51,160 nt of DNA from a plasmid. Position numbers and translations under genes: made by a program. Under the pieces are notes generated by a model. That model made no database searches, was not told where the DNA came from, and worked only from the letters and a program-made list of their open reading frames with translations. This document shows, in pieces, positions 46,933 through 51,160 of the stretch. The DNA lies in the sequence record NZ_CP115194.1; one strand, 5' to 3'. Each line of letters starts with the position of its first letter. Position 1 is the first letter of the stretch.

Positions 46933-47534
46933 TAGGAAGCGAAGCCGATGCCGCCGAAGCAATCGGGCGTCAGGATCTGGCTGGCCAGGCTCTCGCTGAA
47001 ACCCTGCGCAACCAAGGCGGCGTGCCGAGCCTCGAGGGTCTTGTGCTTCCGGATCACCTGGTTGGCGGCCTTCATACGTTGCTGGTTCGCCTCCAACTGC
47101 TGCAACTCGGCCTGGAGCTTCTCGATGGCGTCCGGGTCGTCACTCGAGATTCCCCCGGTCCCCACGGCCGCGGCCTTCTGCTCGTAGTGCTTCGCCTTGT
47201 CCTGCAGCGCGAATGCCTTGCCGTAAGTGCTGTGGATCCGGTCGCGGTACCGCCGGTCCCGCCCTTCGCTGTGATGCCCTACCAGGATCGGTTGTCCGAA
47301 AGGGATAGCGCTGGCCATGGTCTTCGCTCGCTGGTAGAGCGCGCCGCTCTCGTCTGAAATCTTCGCTGCACGTTCCTGGAGGCGTTCCCTCCGATCGGCG
47401 AGCTTCTGTTCGTACCAGTTCAGCTCGCGGCCAACCTGCTCGGGGCTCACGTCCTGCCCTACCCGGGTTGCTTTGCTAGATGCTTCTTGAGCCGGCTCTT
47501 GCTCTGGCTGTTGCTTATGCTCTTCGTGATGCAT
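46932..47534 (-). CDS. hypothetical protein. Its stop codon is formed at the edge of the Tn3-family inverted repeat.
   Basis: Start MHHEEHKQQ, preceded by the AGGAGACC ribosome-binding site. The GQPILVGHHSE segment is present. The TAG stop overlaps the last base of the inverted repeat. Confidence 0.45.
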   Translation of the reverse strand: MHHEEHKQQPEQEPAQEASSKATRVGQDVSPEQVGRELNWYEQKLADRRERLQERAAKISDESGALYQRAKTMASAIPFGQPILVGHHSEGRDRRYRDRIHSTYGKAFALQDKAKHYEQKAAAVGTGGISSDDPDAIEKLQAELQQLEANQQRMKAANQVIRKHKTLEARHAALVAQGFSESLASQILTPDCFGGIGFAS

Positions 47535-47735
47535 GTCAGGGGTCTCCTGGTGATGTTGCTGTGGTGGTGTTTGCTTCGCTGAGTGATCTTTTCGCCGTGA
47601 GCCCGGAGAGGCCTGGCCCAAGAGGGCGACTGGCCAGGGGGAAACCGGAGGCCGCATGCGCCGAGCGCAGCGAGGGGAACGGGTGAGGATTTCCAGCGAA
47701 GCGCCCCTTGCCGGTCGGCCGGGCCCGGCCAACTT
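47535..47735 (-). promoter_or_regulatory. conserved ~200 nt 5' leader, copy B
   Basis: See 38364-38560. Confidence 0.45.
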
Positions 47736-48260
47736 GAAGGGCGTGCGAAAAGACGCGCAGCGAGCGCGGCACAGAACAACAGGAGAGGGAAAGGACCAGG
47801 ATCACCAGGGCATTGCCGGCAATGCCCCTGGAAGACCTCACCAGCGGAGGCGAAGACTCCCGCCCTCGCCCTATGGGCTGCTCTTACAACAGGCACTGTC
47901 GGCACCGCAGGGGCGCATAGAGGGGAAAATCAGCGTTCCCCTACCCCCCTCACTGATTACTAGGAGCGTAGCGACCGTGCGTACGGCGGGAGTGACCACT
48001 GCAGCGGCAGTGAAGCATTCGCTGTACTGGCAGAACTCCGAGGAATGTTCATCCCTTTAGTCCAGCGAGCGTTGCCACGTATGTGGCAGGCTCGCTTAGG
48101 GGACCCCGCGCGCGTAGCGCGAAGTCGGGGCAGCACTTCCTGCTTTTCTGCAGGGGGAACCCCTGCATATAGATAGCCTCTCGGCTTGCCGAGGCATTAT
48201 CGGGTGGAGCGCAGCGACACCCCTTCTTCTGATTCTTTTTAAAGCGGACTGATTAAGGAC

Positions 48261-48300
48261 CGACACTTAACTTGAATCTTCCCGACACTTAACTTCAATC
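48261..48300 (+). repeat. two 18 bp direct repeats CGACACTTAACTT(G/C)AATC separated by 4 bp (iteron-like)
   Basis: Read directly. They lie in the intergenic region between the minus-strand genes at 46932-47534 and 48454-49293. Confidence 0.6.
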
Positions 48301-48453
48301 CTTTCTCTCCTGGCGGCGCTAGCGCGGCCGCCGCAGCGAGGAACGCCCGGGAAATGTCGTTTAGGGATGGTTGCCGGCGATCACGGCGCCGGAATCGTGC
48401 GGAAAGTGCCTCCGGCCGTAGCCGATCGGGCAGGAGGAAGCTCCAGCTGGGAA

Positions 48454-49293
48454 TCAGCCGGCTAGCTTCTTGGTGATTATCGCTTCAGCCAGTTTCCGGC
48501 ACGTCGCACCGTCTCGGCTGGGATCCTCTTGCTTCAACGCCAGGATCAGTTCGTTGAGCATATGCCCGTAGGTCTGAGCGTCGAGCTGGGGCGGCCCGGC
48601 CCCTCCATGCGAGGGGCCGATTCGAGGAAGGTCGCCAGGCCCACGGCGGCGGATCACCAGCATTTTGCCGATGGCCAGCGCGCTCCTGGACCACTGGCCG
48701 AGGTTGCCACCCTGCCTCTTTGCTTTCTTCGCCAGGCGCTCGCTGGCCCTCTTCCGCTCATGCTTCAACCATTTCAGCAGGCCGAACGCGCCGAACAACA
48801 GGCTGTTCACAGACTTGATCGCAGCGAGGCCACGGTAGGAACCGTCTTCTTGCAGCTGCCGGGGCTGGGAGACCGTCAGAATGTTTGCGAACTTGATATC
48901 CGCGACAGCGCGCTCGATGCGGCGCATGCCGATGCCGATGTATTCCGCCAGGAACTGGAAAGTCAGCGACTGGAAGCCCTCGGCCGAAGGGACACCACAC
49001 CTGAGCGAAGTCAGGTCGGTGTACTCGAGGACAGCCGCCAGGACCAGAAGGCAGGCCTCACGGCGTTCGCTGCGCTGCTGTCGCTTGCTGCCATTAGCGG
49101 CGTTCAACGAAGGGAGGCGAGAGGGCGAGTAGTAATACTGGCGCAACTCTTCCTGGAGGCGCTGCAGGATTTTGGGACGGTTTTTCAGCGTCGTCGGCTT
49201 CACCAGCCCCAGGCGAGGTGCGTCCGGTTTATGCCCGCAGTAGTTGCCGCCGTTGTTCACGCGCGGCACGTACGTCCTTGTGTTTATCGACAT
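48454..49293 (-). CDS. hypothetical basic protein, possible replication initiator / DNA-binding protein
   Basis: Starts MSINTRTYVPRVNNGGNYC. It is Arg/Lys-rich, and its start codon is embedded in an 11 bp-arm palindrome. The family was not confidently recognised. Confidence 0.3.
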   Translation of the reverse strand: MSINTRTYVPRVNNGGNYCGHKPDAPRLGLVKPTTLKNRPKILQRLQEELRQYYYSPSRLPSLNAANGSKRQQRSERREACLLVLAAVLEYTDLTSLRCGVPSAEGFQSLTFQFLAEYIGIGMRRIERAVADIKFANILTVSQPRQLQEDGSYRGLAAIKSVNSLLFGAFGLLKWLKHERKRASERLAKKAKRQGGNLGQWSRSALAIGKMLVIRRRGPGDLPRIGPSHGGAGPPQLDAQTYGHMLNELILALKQEDPSRDGATCRKLAEAIITKKLAG

Positions 49294-49441
49294 AGCCCCC
49301 CGCCTGTCCGGCGGTGAGCTGTCGATAAACGGCATTTTTCAAACTTGCGCGCAGGCGCAGTGATAGCCATAATCAGCTCACTAGCTCACTAGTTGAGAAC
49401 AGGTGTCCTCCGCCAAGATTCAACCTGTTCTAGGTTTTCCA

Positions 49442-49475
49442 AGAAGCCCGGTTACCAGCCGGGCTTTTTGGTTTC
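49442..49475 (+). terminator. rho-independent terminator
   Basis: GCCCGG-ttacca-GCCGGGC followed by TTTTTGGTTT. Confidence 0.5.
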
Positions 49476-49489
49476 TGCGATTCTGTTAT

Positions 49490-49810
49490 CTACGCTACCT
49501 GTAGCCTCACCTCACGAAATCCCACACGTTCAGCATCCGCCCGGACATGCTCCAGGCTCTTGTAGATCTTCGGCCGCGTAGAGCGTGCCAAGGTTAAGTG
49601 CTCCTTCGTACCATCAGAGCGACTAACCAACAGCAACCAGCTCCCCTTTTCCATTGGGGCCGGAGCCACAATGGCCTCTCTCAGGGCTCCAACTTCGAAA
49701 AGCTTGCGCATCGCGGATAGGTCCACTGCCATTGCACCCTCATCATCAGGTCGATGGTAAATCTTAAGCAGACTAAGCAGCCCTGCATGAAAATGCAAAT
49801 TTGTGAACAT
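49490..49810 (-). CDS. hypothetical protein
   Basis: 106 aa ORF. Confidence 0.35.
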   Translation of the reverse strand: MFTNLHFHAGLLSLLKIYHRPDDEGAMAVDLSAMRKLFEVGALREAIVAPAPMEKGSWLLLVSRSDGTKEHLTLARSTRPKIYKSLEHVRADAERVGFREVRLQVA

Positions 49811-49926
49811 GAATTACGAATTTCGTGCTTCGTGTGAGGGTACCGCTGACTCGCCGGTATCGCGAGCTAGCAACCCGAATAGGCTTCACCGCGGTTGGCG
49901 CCACGGCAGCCCGTCCCTGGCCTTGG

Positions 49927-50553
49927 CTACCGCATGTAGTTCACCTGTTCTCTATCGATCTTGATTGCCGTTTCCGGCGCCGGCAGCCGGCGCTGGATAG
50001 CGCGCCCGCGTCCCATCAGCCGACCAGGTTCGATGGTCGGCAGCCGGAATATCTTCGTGTTCTGCATACCCAGCCCCCGGCCGCGAACCCGCTCGAGGAG
50101 ATCGAGCGGGTAGTCGAACTTCATCGCCGGAGTTTCAAGTCGCGCCGGATACGGGCTACGCACGAATTCCGGGGTCCGGTCGCTCCACTGTCCCTCGGTG
50201 CTGTCGAGCTGGAGCCAGAGGCTCGGGAAGTCGCTCACAGCGTCGAATACGTCGTCGAGGACGACGTATTCGACACGATGCGTCAGCAACACCTCGCCGG
50301 CGATACTCCAGCGCGTCACCGCAGTGAAGAACGGCGCGAAGCCAGGCACGTCGAGAAGAATGCCGTTCACCGGCTGCCGCCCTAACTTGCGACGCGCGAC
50401 CAGCGCGCGCGAATTGCGAAACGGCCGGCCGGGAACCACGTCGACATTGCCTTTCAGCACCAGGTCGAACTCTTCGACCTGGACCTCGAGCAGCCTGCAG
50501 GGCAAGTTGAAGCCCGAGGGCAACTCCAGGGTGGGGCAGATGTGAATCAGCAT
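49927..50553 (-). CDS. hypothetical protein
   Basis: 208 aa ORF directly downstream of the adhesin gene. Confidence 0.4.
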   Translation of the reverse strand: MLIHICPTLELPSGFNLPCRLLEVQVEEFDLVLKGNVDVVPGRPFRNSRALVARRKLGRQPVNGILLDVPGFAPFFTAVTRWSIAGEVLLTHRVEYVVLDDVFDAVSDFPSLWLQLDSTEGQWSDRTPEFVRSPYPARLETPAMKFDYPLDLLERVRGRGLGMQNTKIFRLPTIEPGRLMGRGRAIQRRLPAPETAIKIDREQVNYMR

Positions 50554-50564
50554 CGTCGAACCTC

Positions 50565-51160
50565 CTACCAGCCCTTGACCACGCCGAAGCTCGCCCCGGA
50601 AACCGCTTTGCTGGTACCGATAGCGCCGCGGAACGTAACGACCGTAGAGTCGGAAACGTAGTGGTTGAGACCGATGGCCATCGCCGACGCGCTCTGCACC
50701 GTCCCCATGCCGAAACCGAACTGCGAGCGGCCGAGATCCCGTGGACCGATACCGATAGCCGCGGTGGCCATGGCCAGCGCGCCGATCGCGCGGTACTCCT
50801 GCCGCATCTGCGCGTTTTCCTTGCGGATATACCTGTAGGCGCCGGCGAGTGCGTCGTTGAACGAGTTGTCGAGGGCATCGATGCGCTGGTCTGTGTAGTG
50901 GTTTGCGCTGTTGAGCGTCTGCAAGTCGGCGGCCTGCATCTGCGAGAGATTCACGGCGTCGGTGCCGGCCGTGCCGGCACGAACGTTGGTGATCTGCCGC
51001 TCGCCGCCGGCGGCGCCGACAGACACGGTGTTCGCGCGATCGGCAACCGACCCCGCACCGAGCGCAACGGATCCTGCAGCGGTCGAGCTTGACCCCTTAC
51101 CTACAGCAACAGAACCCTCCCCGGCTTCCGCTCCTCGAGCAACCGAGTAATCCTCGGTGT
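50565..51160 (-). CDS. YadA-like trimeric autotransporter adhesin, C-terminal part (the 5' end lies beyond the window)
   Basis: Carries the [46 protein letters not shown] head/neck repeats and a C-terminal membrane anchor ending FGVVKGW. The frame is open to the window edge. Confidence 0.6.
   Translation of the reverse strand, partial: TEDYSVARGAEAGEGSVAVGKGSSSTAAGSVALGAGSVADRANTVSVGAAGGERQITNVRAGTAGTDAVNLSQMQAADLQTLNSANHYTDQRIDALDNSFNDALAGAYRYIRKENAQMRQEYRAIGALAMATAAIGIGPRDLGRSQFGFGMGTVQSASAMAIGLNHYVSDSTVVTFRGAIGTSKAVSGASFGVVKGW

Noticed and set aside
47700-49900. Search for a tRNA gene, tmRNA or attachment-site repeat marking an ICE end
   Set aside because: No cloverleaf-compatible segment or conserved tRNA 3' end (GGTTCGAATCC-like T-arm plus CCA) was found by eye. 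This cannot be excluded without a tRNA scan.

Overview
This 51 kb window is GC-rich (about 60% GC, Pseudomonas-like) and reads as the backbone of a conjugative plasmid or integrative conjugative element (ICE). It carries several mobile-element insertions, repeat families and low-GC accessory cassettes.

The left half (about 250-24200) is a minus-strand, P-type (trb/virB-like) type IV secretion system (T4SS) operon running towards ssb. The recognisable components, in order, are: a VirB11-like ATPase; VirB3-like and VirB2-like genes; VirB4; TrbJ; a secreted exclusion-like gene; TrbL/VirB6; VirB8-, VirB9- and VirB10-like genes; two secreted proteins, one a lipoprotein; a lytic transglycosylase; and ssb.

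The operon is damaged in several places:
- virB4/trbE is split by an IS21-family element (istAB) with an ACCG target duplication.
- A 2.85 kb Tn3-family element sits exactly at the overlapping stop/start junction after the virB10-like gene. It resembles Tn5501: 38 bp inverted repeats, parDE, res, tnpR and a tnpA that has lost its 5' part.
- The trbJ-exclusion-like-trbL segment exists as two diverged tandem alleles joined through a chimeric trbL::trbJ ORF.
- A remnant of a second virB11 allele follows the intact one.

The right half carries the following maintenance and accessory genes:
- a VirD4/TraG-like coupling protein;
- parA and parB (with two palindromes inside parB);
- topA;
- a serine recombinase;
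- a large ParB-nuclease-domain protein;
- radC;
- a second parDE pair flanked by 20 bp direct repeats;
- kfrA;
- a solo Tn3-family inverted repeat with a 3' tnpA remnant;
- a possible rep-like gene with iteron-like repeats;
- a partial YadA-like trimeric autotransporter adhesin at the right edge.

Several low-GC gene cassettes are separated by two GC-rich repeat families: a 105 bp tandem unit and a multi-hairpin element of about 200 bp. There is also an array of eight GRAACAGC-N5-GCTGTTYC hairpins and a strange 150 bp tract of alternating long poly-G and poly-C runs, which may be an assembly artefact. No tRNA gene, rRNA gene, CRISPR array or clear attachment site was seen.
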